Positions 16,923-25,811 of a stretch of DNA of 64,000 bases are shown here, piece after piece. The notes under the pieces were generated by a model, which was not told the DNA's origin, ran no database searches, and worked only from the letters and a program-made list of their open reading frames with translations. Both the position numbers and the translations under genes were made by a program. The DNA is from Dehalococcoidia bacterium (lineage in GTDB: Bacteria > Chloroflexota > Dehalococcoidia > Bin125), in assembly GCA_965203775.1 (NCBI GenBank), contig OZ241913.1:2192015-2256014 (forward strand). Direction: 5' to 3'. Each line of letters starts with the position of its first letter. Position 1 is the first letter of the stretch.

Positions 16923-18890
16923 TCAGTGCGCCTCCGACGCGCCCTCGATGATCGCCTCCACGACGTGCGGCTCGGCCAGCGTGGTGACATCGCCCACGTC
17001 GTCGGGGTTGCCCTCGGCGACTTTGCGCAGGATGCGCCGCATGATCTTGCCCGAGCGGGTTTTGGGCAGCCCGGCTACGAATTGCAGCTTGTCCGGCGTC
17101 GCGATCGGGCTGATCTCGGCGCGCACCGCACGCTTCAGCTCGACCGCCAGGTCCGCCCCCGGATCGAAACCCTCCTTGAGCAGTACGAAGGCGTAGATGC
17201 CCTCGCCCTTGATCTCGTGCGGATAACCCACCACCGCCGCTTCGGCGCAGCCCGAGTGGCCGACCAGCGCGCCCTCGATCTCCGCGGTGCCCAGCCGGTG
17301 CCCGCTCACGTTCAGCACATCGTCGACCCGCCCCGTCAGCCAGTAGTAGCCGTCCTGGTCGCGGTACGCGCCGTCGCCCGTGAAGTACTTGCCCGGGTAC
17401 TGCACGAAATAGGTGTTAATGAAGCGCTCGTGGTCGCCGTAGACGGTGCGCATCATGCCCGGCCAGGAGCGCGCCATGCAGAGCAGCCCCGACTGGTTAT
17501 TGCCTTCCAGCTCGTTGCCGTCCTGATCGACCAGCGCCGGCTCGATCCCGAAGAACGGCAGCGAAGCCGAGCCGGGCTTCATCTCGTTCGCGCCCGCCAG
17601 ACCGGTCAGCATGTGGCCGCCCGTTTCGGTCTGCCAGTACGTATCGACGATTGAGCAGCGGCCCTCGCCGACCACATCGAAGTACCAGCGCCACGCCTCG
17701 GGGTTGATCGGCTCGCCCACCGTGCCCAACACCCGCAGCGAAGTGCGCTCGTGCGATTTGACCCACTCGTCGCCCTCGCGCATCAGCGCGCGAATCGCCG
17801 TCGGCGCGGTGTAGAGAATGTTAATTCCCAGCCGATCGACCATGTCCCAGTAACGCCCCGCGTCGGGATAGGTCGGCACCGACTCGAACATCACCGAGGT
17901 CGCGCCGTTGCCCAGCGGCCCGTAGACGATGTACGAGTGGCCCGTAATCCAGCCCACATCCGCCGCGCAGCAGTAAATCTCGCCCTCGCGGTAATCGAAC
18001 ACGTAGCGGTGCGAGAGCATCGTGAAGAGCAGGTAGCCGGCCTGCGTGTGCAGCACGCCCTTGGGCTTGCCCGTCGAACCCGACGTGTAGAGGATGAACA
18101 GCGGATCCTCGGCGTCCATGATCTCCGGCTCGGCCTCGGCCGGCTGGCGGCTGACCGTCTCGTGCCACCAGACATCGCGCCCGTCCTGCATCGTCACGTC
18201 GCCGCCGGTGTGCTGATGCACCAGCACAAACTCGACGCAGTCCACGTTCTCCAGCGCCGCGTCGACATTCGCCTTGAGCGGCACCGCGCGCCCGCCGCGC
18301 CGGCCTTCGTCCTGCGTGATGATCGCCTTGCAGGTCGAATCGGTCACCCGATCGGCGATCGCCGAGGCGCTGAAGCCGCCGAAGATCACCGAGTGGATCG
18401 CGCCGATCCGCGCGCAGGCCAGCATTGCCGCCACCACCTCCGGCGTCATCCCCATGTAGATCGCCACGCGGTCGCCCTTGCCCACGCCGCGCGAACGCAG
18501 CTCGTTGGCGACGCGGCAGACCTCCGCGTGCAGATCGCCGTAGGTCCAGCGCTGGTTGTCGCCCGGCTCGTCGCCCTCCCAGAGAATCGCGGTCTGATCG
18601 GCCCGCGCCTCGAGGTGCCGGTCGAGGCAGTTCACGCTCACGTTGAGCTTGCCGCCCAGGAACCACGCGATCTCGCCCGCCGCGAGATTCTCCTCGACCA
18701 GCGTGTGCCAGGGCGCGTCCCACTCGAGCAGCGCCTCCGCCGTCTCCGACCAGAACGCCTGCGGCTCATCCAGGCTGCGCCGCCAGAGCCGCTCATACTC
18801 CGCGCGGCTCTGCACCATCGCTCCGTCGCGCACGCGCGTCGGCGGCTCGTAGCGTTCGTCGGTCGGGAGGGCGGCGTCTGCGGAGGCCAT
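16923..18890 (-). CDS. acs: Acetyl-coenzyme A synthetase (AMP-forming)
   Basis: Full-length Acs pattern (AFWSE..., YTSGSTGKPKGVLHT, GEPINPEAW, C-terminal KTRSGKIMRR). The start may be the internal MVQSRAEYERLW. Confidence 0.9.
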   Translation of the reverse strand: MASADAALPTDERYEPPTRVRDGAMVQSRAEYERLWRRSLDEPQAFWSETAEALLEWDAPWHTLVEENLAAGEIAWFLGGKLNVSVNCLDRHLEARADQTAILWEGDEPGDNQRWTYGDLHAEVCRVANELRSRGVGKGDRVAIYMGMTPEVVAAMLACARIGAIHSVIFGGFSASAIADRVTDSTCKAIITQDEGRRGGRAVPLKANVDAALENVDCVEFVLVHQHTGGDVTMQDGRDVWWHETVSRQPAEAEPEIMDAEDPLFILYTSGSTGKPKGVLHTQAGYLLFTMLSHRYVFDYREGEIYCCAADVGWITGHSYIVYGPLGNGATSVMFESVPTYPDAGRYWDMVDRLGINILYTAPTAIRALMREGDEWVKSHERTSLRVLGTVGEPINPEAWRWYFDVVGEGRCSIVDTYWQTETGGHMLTGLAGANEMKPGSASLPFFGIEPALVDQDGNELEGNNQSGLLCMARSWPGMMRTVYGDHERFINTYFVQYPGKYFTGDGAYRDQDGYYWLTGRVDDVLNVSGHRLGTAEIEGALVGHSGCAEAAVVGYPHEIKGEGIYAFVLLKEGFDPGADLAVELKRAVRAEISPIATPDKLQFVAGLPKTRSGKIMRRILRKVAEGNPDDVGDVTTLAEPHVVEAIIEGASEAH

Positions 18891-19058
18891 GGCGTGATCG
18901 TCCCTTCATGCCCCTTCGCTGCAAGCTGCGCAGGATGCGGCGTTTGGCGGCGATAATGATACGCTCCGAGTATCCGCCGGTCGCGCTGCCGCCCAGCCCG
19001 CGGCCCCGGCGCAGCCAGATCACAGCCGGCTCACGGCCAGCTCACAGAAAGCCCAGCG

Positions 19059-19397
19059 ATGTCCAACGAAGCCGAACCCTTCCAGCGCATCTCCGTTGAG
19101 GATGCCGACGCCAAGCGCCTCGCCGGCGTGCCGATCGTCGACACCCGCGAACTCGATGAATACCAGGACGGCCATGTCGTCGACGCGCCGCTGATGCCCT
19201 ACATGAGCCTGATGACGCGCGGCGACGAGCTCGAAAAGATCGCCGGCGCCAAGGACAGCCCGCTGATGTTCATCTGCGCCAAGGGGCAGCGCAGCGCCGT
19301 CGCCTGCGAGTTCGCCGCCTCGCTCGGCTTCACCGACCTCTACAACATCGAGGGCGGCACCGAGGCCTGGATCGCCGCCGGCCTCCCCACCGAGTAG
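19059..19397 (+). CDS. Rhodanese-like domain protein (sulfurtransferase)
   Basis: Active-site loop FICAKGQRS (CxxGxR). Confidence 0.8.
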   Translation: MSNEAEPFQRISVEDADAKRLAGVPIVDTRELDEYQDGHVVDAPLMPYMSLMTRGDELEKIAGAKDSPLMFICAKGQRSAVACEFAASLGFTDLYNIEGGTEAWIAAGLPTE

Positions 19398-19415
19398 CGG
19401 CGCGGCGGCCGCGCG

Positions 19416-19997
19416 ATGACCTTCCGGGGCGTCCGCATCTCGGGCACGCAGGGCTACGCCCTGTTCGTCGCCATCGTCGTGGTGGTCGTGCTCGTCTACC
19501 TCTTCCTCTCCGGCTTCTTCGACAGCGGCGATGACCCCGAGCAGGCCGCCGCGCCGCCGCCCGTCACGGTCGACGCAGCCGAAACACTGGGCATCGTGGA
19601 GTTCGAGCAGACCGCCCGCGTCGGCCCGCTCGACATCGCGATCGAGCGCGTCGAGTGGACCAACGAGCTGCTCACCGACGGGCGCACCCGCCAGGCCGCC
19701 CAGCGCTTCGCCGTCGTCCGCCTCAACGTGGTCAACCGCGGCGCCGCGCCCTACCAACTGCTGCCGCGCCAGGCCGAAATGGTCACCGCCGACGGGCGCA
19801 GCTACGCGCTCGACGCCGCCCTCGCCGCCGGCGCCGCGATCTACGAAGACCGCGCCACCCTCGCGCTGCCCGCCACGTTCCAGCCCGACCTGCCCGTCGC
19901 GCTGCTGCTCGTCTTCCGCCTGCCCAACGACGCCGGCGGCCTCTCGCTGCGGCTTCATGGCCACCATGTCGATTTCGCCCTGGCCGAGCAGCGCTGA
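19416..19997 (+). CDS. Membrane-anchored hypothetical protein (DUF4352-like)
   Basis: N-terminal TM helix, then a beta-rich ectodomain. The family guess is from memory. Confidence 0.5.
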   Translation: MTFRGVRISGTQGYALFVAIVVVVVLVYLFLSGFFDSGDDPEQAAAPPPVTVDAAETLGIVEFEQTARVGPLDIAIERVEWTNELLTDGRTRQAAQRFAVVRLNVVNRGAAPYQLLPRQAEMVTADGRSYALDAALAAGAAIYEDRATLALPATFQPDLPVALLLVFRLPNDAGGLSLRLHGHHVDFALAEQR

Positions 19998-20389
19998 TGG
20001 AGCCCGCCATGCCCCGCTGGCTGATCGCCCTGCTCGCCCTCGCCTCGCTCTGCGTGATCGCCGTGACCGCGGTCGTGATCGCCTTCGTCATCGCCTTCTT
20101 CGCCGCGATCGGGCCGGGCTTGAGCGAGGAGCTGAACGATCTGGCGGATTCGACGATCGAGGATGTCGCCGACGAAGCCGAGGCCGCCGTCGCCGACGGC
20201 CTCAGGCCGACCCAGCGCACGCTGGAAGAGATGCGCGAGGCGATCATCGCCGAGCTCGGCCCGCTGCGCGAAACGATGCAGAACGCCGACGAGCTGCTCG
20301 CCAAGATCGAGCAGGCCATCGCCGCGATCAACGCGCGCGACGCCGAACTGGCTGAACTCCAACGCGAAGCGGCGGCGCAGAGCCAATGA
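19997..20389 (+). CDS. Hypothetical membrane protein
   Basis: ATGA overlap with the upstream stop. N-terminal TM helix and an acidic coiled C-terminus. Confidence 0.4.
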   Translation: MEPAMPRWLIALLALASLCVIAVTAVVIAFVIAFFAAIGPGLSEELNDLADSTIEDVADEAEAAVADGLRPTQRTLEEMREAIIAELGPLRETMQNADELLAKIEQAIAAINARDAELAELQREAAAQSQ

Positions 20390-21108
20390 GCAAGTCAGCG
20401 AACAGGCCAATGAACGCAATCCTGCTGTTCGACATCGACGGCACGCTCGCCGTCACTCAGGGCACCGGCACTCGCGCGATGAGCCGCGTCTTCCGCGAGG
20501 TCTTCGGCCTCGAGAACGCGCTCGCCCAGGTCGACTTCGCCGGGCGCAGCGACAGCTGGATCGTCGCAACCGCGCTCCGCCAGGCCGGGCGCGAACCGAC
20601 CCCGCAGCTCATCGCCGAATTCCAGGACGCCTACATCCCCGCGCTGAGCGAGGCGTTGCGCGGCGGCTCGCGCCTGCTGCCCGGCGTCGCCGCGCTGCTC
20701 GACGCGCTGGCCGACCAGCCCGTCCTGCTCGGCCTGGGCACCGGCAACTTCCGCCGCGCCGCCCAGGCCAAGCTCGGCCATCTCGGCGTCTGGGAGCGCT
20801 TCGTCGACGGCGGCTTCGGCGACGACGCGGCCAACCGCACCGAGCTGCTCGCCGCCGCGCTCCCGCGCCTGAGGCCGCTCGCCGCGCCCGATGCCGCAGT
20901 AATCGTGATCGGCGACACCCGCCACGACATCGAAGCCGCCCGCGGCATCGGCGCAAGAGTCGTCGCCGTCCAAACCGGCTTCGCCCGCCCCGGCGACCTG
21001 ATCACCGCCGACCATCTGCTCCCCGACCTTGCCAACACGAGCGCCGCCGTCAACCTGCTCCTCCAGCTCTCCCACGAAACGCCCCTGAACAAACCCGAAC
21101 AAACCTGA
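20386..21108 (+). CDS. HAD-superfamily hydrolase
   Basis: Motif I 'LLFDIDGTL', motif III-IV '...VIVIGDTRHDIEAAR'. Confidence 0.75.
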   Translation: MSKSANRPMNAILLFDIDGTLAVTQGTGTRAMSRVFREVFGLENALAQVDFAGRSDSWIVATALRQAGREPTPQLIAEFQDAYIPALSEALRGGSRLLPGVAALLDALADQPVLLGLGTGNFRRAAQAKLGHLGVWERFVDGGFGDDAANRTELLAAALPRLRPLAAPDAAVIVIGDTRHDIEAARGIGARVVAVQTGFARPGDLITADHLLPDLANTSAAVNLLLQLSHETPLNKPEQT

Positions 21109-21243
21109 ACAAAACCTGAACAAATCCGAACGCCGCCAGACGCCCCGACCAGATAGGAGCGCCGCCCGGATCAGCCCCAAACGCCCTGAACAACACCCCG
21201 CCCCGAACACGCCCTCAACCGACCCCTGCGCTAGCCTCAACCC

Positions 21244-21918
21244 ATGTCCACCGCACTGATCGTCGGCATCATCATCATCCTGCTCGTCGTCGGCGTCCCG
21301 ATCGCCCAGACGCTCATCCGCCGCTTCCAGCACCGACGCTCGCTGCGGGCGGCCGCCGCCGCGCCCCTGCTCGCCGCCGCGCTCACCCGCGCCGACCTGC
21401 CCGACGGCTTCCGCCTCGCCGAACTGCGCGCCCTCACCTCCGAAGCCATCGCCTGGAGCGCCGCCGATCCCGCCGCCGCGCTGGAAGAGCTCAACGCCGC
21501 CGGGCACATCCTCTCCTTTCGACAGCAATTCCGCGATCCGCGCACCTTCGGCGAGTTCGCCGATGTGCTGCTCTCCAACACCCTGCGGCGCGGCGCGCCG
21601 ATGCGCCGCATCGGCCTGACCCTCAGCCGCTACGCCGACCCCGAGCAGGCCGAACAGGCGCTGGCCCGCACGCCCGACCTCGCCGACCAGGACGCCGGCA
21701 TCCGCGTTGAAGACATCACCCGCAGCGGCGACGCCCTGCGCGCCCGCGAGTGGACCCGCCTCGAGGGCGAGCAGGCCACCCAGCGGATGCTCCAACTGCG
21801 CTGGCGCGACGGCGAAATCGTCGCCGAACTCGAAGGCGACTCCGAGCCGCCCGGCGCGCTCGACGACGACCTGCTGCAGGCCGTAGCGCAAACCATCCGC
21901 AACCGTCTCAAGGCCTGA
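21244..21918 (+). CDS. Hypothetical membrane-anchored protein
   Basis: N-terminal TM helix (ALIVGIIIILLVVGVPIA). No recognised domain. Confidence 0.45.
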   Translation: MSTALIVGIIIILLVVGVPIAQTLIRRFQHRRSLRAAAAAPLLAAALTRADLPDGFRLAELRALTSEAIAWSAADPAAALEELNAAGHILSFRQQFRDPRTFGEFADVLLSNTLRRGAPMRRIGLTLSRYADPEQAEQALARTPDLADQDAGIRVEDITRSGDALRAREWTRLEGEQATQRMLQLRWRDGEIVAELEGDSEPPGALDDDLLQAVAQTIRNRLKA

Positions 21919-21934
21919 CAGAAAGCTCCAATCG

Positions 21935-22450
21935 CGCCCCCCACATCCACCACTCACTCTCCCTTCTCCCCCAAATTCATCCCGCCCCCATCCTGCTGCC
22001 CCTCACCACCTCTCCCTCCAATTCATCCCGCACCCACCACTCACTCTCCCCTCTCCCCCAAATTCCTGCCGCCCCCACCGTCATTTCTGCCGCCCTTTCC
22101 GTCATTCCTGCGCAGGCAGGAACCAACGCAGCAGGCGAGGCAGCTCCCCCCAATTCATCCCGCCCCCGCCGTCATTCCTGCCGCCCTCTCCGTCATTCCT
22201 GCGCAGGCAGGAACCAACGCAGCAGGCGAGGCAGCTCTCCCCAAATTCCTGCCGCCCCCACCGTCATTTCTGCCGCCCTTTCCGTCATTCCTGCGCAGGC
22301 AGGAACCAACGCAGCAGGCGAGGCAGATCCCCCCAATTCATCCCGCTCCCACCGTCATTCCTGCCGCCCTCTCCGTCATTCCTGCCGCCCTCTCCGTCAT
22401 TCCTGCCGCCCTCTCCGTCATTCCTGCGCAGGCAGGAACCAACGAGGCCG
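21935..22450. repeat. MITE-like repeat cluster 3 (largest): about 3.5 tandem copies of a ~90-bp composite unit containing 'ccaccgtcatt(t/c)ctgccgccct(t/c)tccgtcattcctgcgcaggcaggaaccaacgcagcaggcgaggcag'
   Basis: Direct inspection. Not CRISPR, because the intervening segments are themselves repeated. Confidence 0.9.
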
Positions 22451-22708
22451 CCTCCCGCTTGCCAAACCCGCGCTTTCGTTCTACATTGTCTACAGAACCC
22501 TTGTTCACGGCCAATGCGATGGGAGAGCCAGTAATGACCGTAGCCCTGATCCTGATCACCGCCGCCGCCGCCGTCTGGCTGATCCGCCAGTGGTGGCGCG
22601 CCGAACTGGAGCCCGCCGACCTCCGCCTCAGCCGCACGCGCCCGCGCCGGCGCTGAGCGGCTTGCCACTATCGCCCCCGCAACGCTTAGACTGCCCCTCA
22701 GCGCTCAC

Positions 22709-23449
22709 TTGCGGCGCATGCCCCGCTGTGAGGACGATATGGCCGCAACCATCGACACCGCCGACACCGGCGCGCTGCTCAAGAGCGTCGTGCTCTTCCG
22801 CAACATGCCGCCCCAAATGCTGCTCGAACTCAGCAAACGACTGCGCTTCGTCCACTACCGCGGGCAGACCGACATCTTCCACGCCGGCGACGAGGGCGCG
22901 ACCATGTACATCATCCTGCGCGGCGCCGTCAAAATCTTCGTCCCCGCCATCGACGGCCGCGAAGTCGTCCTCGCCGTCCACCGCGCCGGCGACCTCTTCG
23001 GCGAAATGGCCCTGCTCGACGCCGAGCCCCGCTCCGCCTCCGCCAGCACCATGGAAGACACCGAGATGGCCACGCTCAACCGCACCGACTTCCACGAAGT
23101 GCTCGAACGCCACCCCGAGGCGCAGCGCGCAATCATCGAGGTGCTGGTCGAGCGGCTGCGCGCCACCAACCAGTCGATCCAGGACGCCTACCTGCTCGAT
23201 GTGCCCGGCCGCCTGGCGCGCCGCCTGATGCTGATCGCCGACGAGCACGGCAGCGACACCGAGCGCGGGCGCGACATCGGCCTGCGCGTCTCGCAGCAGG
23301 AGCTGGCCAACATGATCGGCGCCAGCCGTGTGGCCGTGAATAAGCAGCTGCAAGCCTGGCGGCAGCGCGGCATCGTCGATGTCACCCGCCAGCGCGTCGT
23401 GATCCTCAAGCCCGCCGCGCTCGAGCGCGAGTTCACCCTCTCGCCCTGA
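22709..23449 (+). CDS. Crp/Fnr-family transcriptional regulator (cNMP-binding + HTH)
   Basis: cNMP-binding beta-barrel (FGEMALLD..PRSASA) and C-terminal HTH (SQQELANMIGASRVAVNKQLQ). The start may be ATG at 22739. Confidence 0.85.
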   Translation: MRRMPRCEDDMAATIDTADTGALLKSVVLFRNMPPQMLLELSKRLRFVHYRGQTDIFHAGDEGATMYIILRGAVKIFVPAIDGREVVLAVHRAGDLFGEMALLDAEPRSASASTMEDTEMATLNRTDFHEVLERHPEAQRAIIEVLVERLRATNQSIQDAYLLDVPGRLARRLMLIADEHGSDTERGRDIGLRVSQQELANMIGASRVAVNKQLQAWRQRGIVDVTRQRVVILKPAALEREFTLSP

Positions 23450-23486
23450 CACAGCCAGCCCCAATAGCCAGCCGAAAGGACCGACC

Positions 23487-24197
23487 TTGCCCGACACACT
23501 CAACTCCGACCAACTCGCCGCTTTGCGCGCCTGGCCCTCCCCGGCGATCGCCAACGCGATCGAGACGTTCGACATCCGCAGCCGCGCCTACGGCTTCATG
23601 ACCCCCGACATCCTCTGCCGCTTCCCCGAAATGGAGCCGATCGTCGGCTACGCCGCGACCTGCAAAATCCGCGCCAGCATCCCGCCCGGCGACGACCCCG
23701 AGACGCAGTCCGCGCCCGACTGGTGGGCGCACATCGAGTCGATCCCCGAGCCGCGCATCATCGTGATCCAGGACCTCGACCAGCCGCCGATCGGCTCCTT
23801 CTGGGGCGAGGTCAACGGCAACATCCACAAGGCGCTCGGCGGCATCGGGCTGGTCACCGACGGCGGCGTGCGCGACCTGGAGGAGGTCGAGGAACTCGGC
23901 TTCCAGTTCTTCTCGCGCGAAATCCTCGTCTCCCACGCCTACGTCCACATCGTCGAAATCGGCCAGCCCGTCACCGTCGGCGGCCTGACCGTCTCGCCCG
24001 GCGACCTGCTGCACGGCGACAAGCACGGCGTCGTCCAAATCCCCCACGACATCGCGCCGCAAGTCGCCGACGCCGCGCAAGCCGTCGAAGACCGCGAGCG
24101 GGTGATCATCAACTACGCCAAGTCGCCTGATTTCACCCGCGAGGGCCTGCTCCAGGTCATGCGCCCCACGCCGAGCGCCGAGGAGGAAACGCCCTAA
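23487..24197 (+). CDS. RraA-family protein (RraA/4-hydroxy-4-methyl-2-oxoglutarate aldolase/DMK methyltransferase-like fold)
   Basis: RraA-like pattern (...GSFWGEVNGNIHKALGGIGLVTDGGVRD...). Confidence 0.75.
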   Translation: MPDTLNSDQLAALRAWPSPAIANAIETFDIRSRAYGFMTPDILCRFPEMEPIVGYAATCKIRASIPPGDDPETQSAPDWWAHIESIPEPRIIVIQDLDQPPIGSFWGEVNGNIHKALGGIGLVTDGGVRDLEEVEELGFQFFSREILVSHAYVHIVEIGQPVTVGGLTVSPGDLLHGDKHGVVQIPHDIAPQVADAAQAVEDRERVIINYAKSPDFTREGLLQVMRPTPSAEEETP

Positions 24198-24313
24198 CAC
24201 GGGCGCGGACCATCCGACGTTTCGCGCGCGGCTCACCCGGTTCGCCCCGCCGCCTCAGCCGGCACGGCGCGTTCGCCCCCTTCGCCTCGCGCGACTTCCG
24301 CGTCCTCTGGGCG

Positions 24314-25513
24314 GTGATCTTCCTCCGCTCCTCCGCGCTCTGGCTCGACCAGGTCGCCCGCCCCGTCCTGATCGCCGAGCTGACCGGCTCCGCCCTCCTG
24401 CTCGGCGCGGTGCTCGCCGCGCGCATGGCGCCCAACCTGCTGCTCGGCGTCTTCGCCGGCGCAATCGTCGACCGCTACCCGCGACGACGCATCCTCGTCC
24501 TCTCGCAGACCGGCAACGTGCTCTCCGCCGCGCTGCTCTGCATCCTGCTCGCGGCCGGCTGGGTTGAAGCCTGGCAGGTGATCCTGCTCGCCGCCGTCTC
24601 CGGCGCAAACATCGCCTTCTTCCAGCCCGCCAGGCAGGCGATCCTGCCCGCGATGCTGCCCTCCTCGGCGATGCGCAGCGCCGTCGCGCTCTCCCAGACC
24701 GCCAACACCGTCACCCGCATCGGCGGCGCGCTGCTCGCCGGACTGCTACTCGAATTCGCCGACTTCAGCGTGATCTACGGCGCGATGGCCGCGATCTACG
24801 CCGCCGCCGCGCTCTCCGCCCTCGCAATCCGCGCCGATGTCGAAGCTCCGGCGCAGCGCGAGCGAACCTCCGAGTCGCTGCTCGCCCAGACCCTCGAGGG
24901 CTTCCGCTGGGCCTTCCGCACCCGCCGCCCGCTGGCGGTGCTGGGCGTCTCCGTGCTGCTCTTCATCTTCATCGTGCCCTACCAGAGCGTCTTCCTGCCG
25001 CTGCTGGTGATCGACGAGTTGCGCGAGCACGCCTCCTGGGTCGGCTACATGATGGCCGCCGGCGGCGCGGGCGCGGTGGCCGGCTCGCTCACGCTCGCCG
25101 CCGTCCGCCGCCTGCCCGCGACGGGACGGCTCATGTCCGCGCTGCTGGTCGCCGCCGGGATCGTCCTCGCGCTGCTCTCCTTCGCGCCCAGCCTGCCGCT
25201 GGTCGCCCTCTGCGTCTTCGCCGCGGCCGCCTGCAGCACCAACGTGATGTCGCTGGCCAACCTCGCGCTGCTGCGGCTGGGCCGCGAGGCGATGGCCGGC
25301 CGCGCCGTCAGTCTGATGAACTTCGCCCGCGGCATGATCCCCGTCGGCGCGCTGCTGGCCGGCGCCCTGGCCGACGCGCTCGGCCCCCGCAGCGGCCTGC
25401 TCACGACCGGCGCCGCCGCCATCGCCGTCAGCCTCGCCGTCCTCATCTCCCCCCTCGCCGGCCAAGCCTCGGACGCGCCCTCAGACGCCGCGCCCGAATC
25501 GCCCCGCGCCTAG
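24314..25513 (+). CDS. MFS transporter (EntS/enterobactin-exporter-like)
   Basis: 12-TM MFS architecture. N-terminal homology (FRVLWA...) continues upstream of the called GTG without a canonical start codon. Confidence 0.75.
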   Translation: MIFLRSSALWLDQVARPVLIAELTGSALLLGAVLAARMAPNLLLGVFAGAIVDRYPRRRILVLSQTGNVLSAALLCILLAAGWVEAWQVILLAAVSGANIAFFQPARQAILPAMLPSSAMRSAVALSQTANTVTRIGGALLAGLLLEFADFSVIYGAMAAIYAAAALSALAIRADVEAPAQRERTSESLLAQTLEGFRWAFRTRRPLAVLGVSVLLFIFIVPYQSVFLPLLVIDELREHASWVGYMMAAGGAGAVAGSLTLAAVRRLPATGRLMSALLVAAGIVLALLSFAPSLPLVALCVFAAAACSTNVMSLANLALLRLGREAMAGRAVSLMNFARGMIPVGALLAGALADALGPRSGLLTTGAAAIAVSLAVLISPLAGQASDAPSDAAPESPRA

Positions 25514-25537
25514 CCCCTGCGTCGCCTGTGAAACCAG

Positions 25538-25805
25538 CAAATCCACACCCCTCCCGCCCCAACACCCCCCTCTTCCCTCAATTCATCCCTCCCTTCATCT
25601 CAGGGGAGACGACCTCCAATTCATCCCTCTTCCCTGTGGGGAGAGGGCCCCAATTCATCTCTCCTCCCTGTGAGGGAGAGGCCCCAATTCATCCCTCCCC
25701 CCTTCCAGGGGGGAGGTTAGGTGGGGGGTGGAACGCCACGAGCCAGCGCAGCAATCGCGCTGCGCCCCGATCGCCCGCGCCTCTCCCTGTTCCGTCGTTC
25801 CTGCG
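25538..25805. repeat. MITE-like repeat cluster 4: four B-type hairpin units with compensatory stem variants, then the 'gagccagcgca...cgatcgcccgcgcc' module and an A-type remnant
   Basis: Units: ccctcccttcatctcaggggagacg; ccctcttccctgtggggagaggg; tctcctccctgtgagggagagg; ccctccccccttccaggggggagg. Confidence 0.85.
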
Positions 25806-25811
25806 CGAGCC

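Noticed and set aside
19531-21119. Overlapping + ORFs 19531..20355, 19655..20389, 20163..21119 (Pro/Arg-rich)
   Set aside because: Alternative frames of the DUF4352-like, small membrane and HAD hydrolase genes. Extreme Arg/Pro/Ala composition without motifs.
21935-22450. Possible CRISPR array (regular repeats of the 'gtcattcctgcgcaggcaggaacc' unit)
   Set aside because: The intervening 'spacers' are themselves repeated ('aacgcagcaggcgaggcag', 'ccaattcatcccgc'). Units vary in length. The same repeat occurs as singletons or inverted copies throughout the window. No cas genes are nearby. This is a MITE/REP-like tandem, not CRISPR.
21750-23228. 492-aa + ORF spanning the repeat cluster and the Crp/Fnr gene
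   Set aside because: Translation is low-complexity (P/R/S/A-rich), reads through the tandem repeats and runs out of frame across the well-supported Crp/Fnr CDS. Not a gene.
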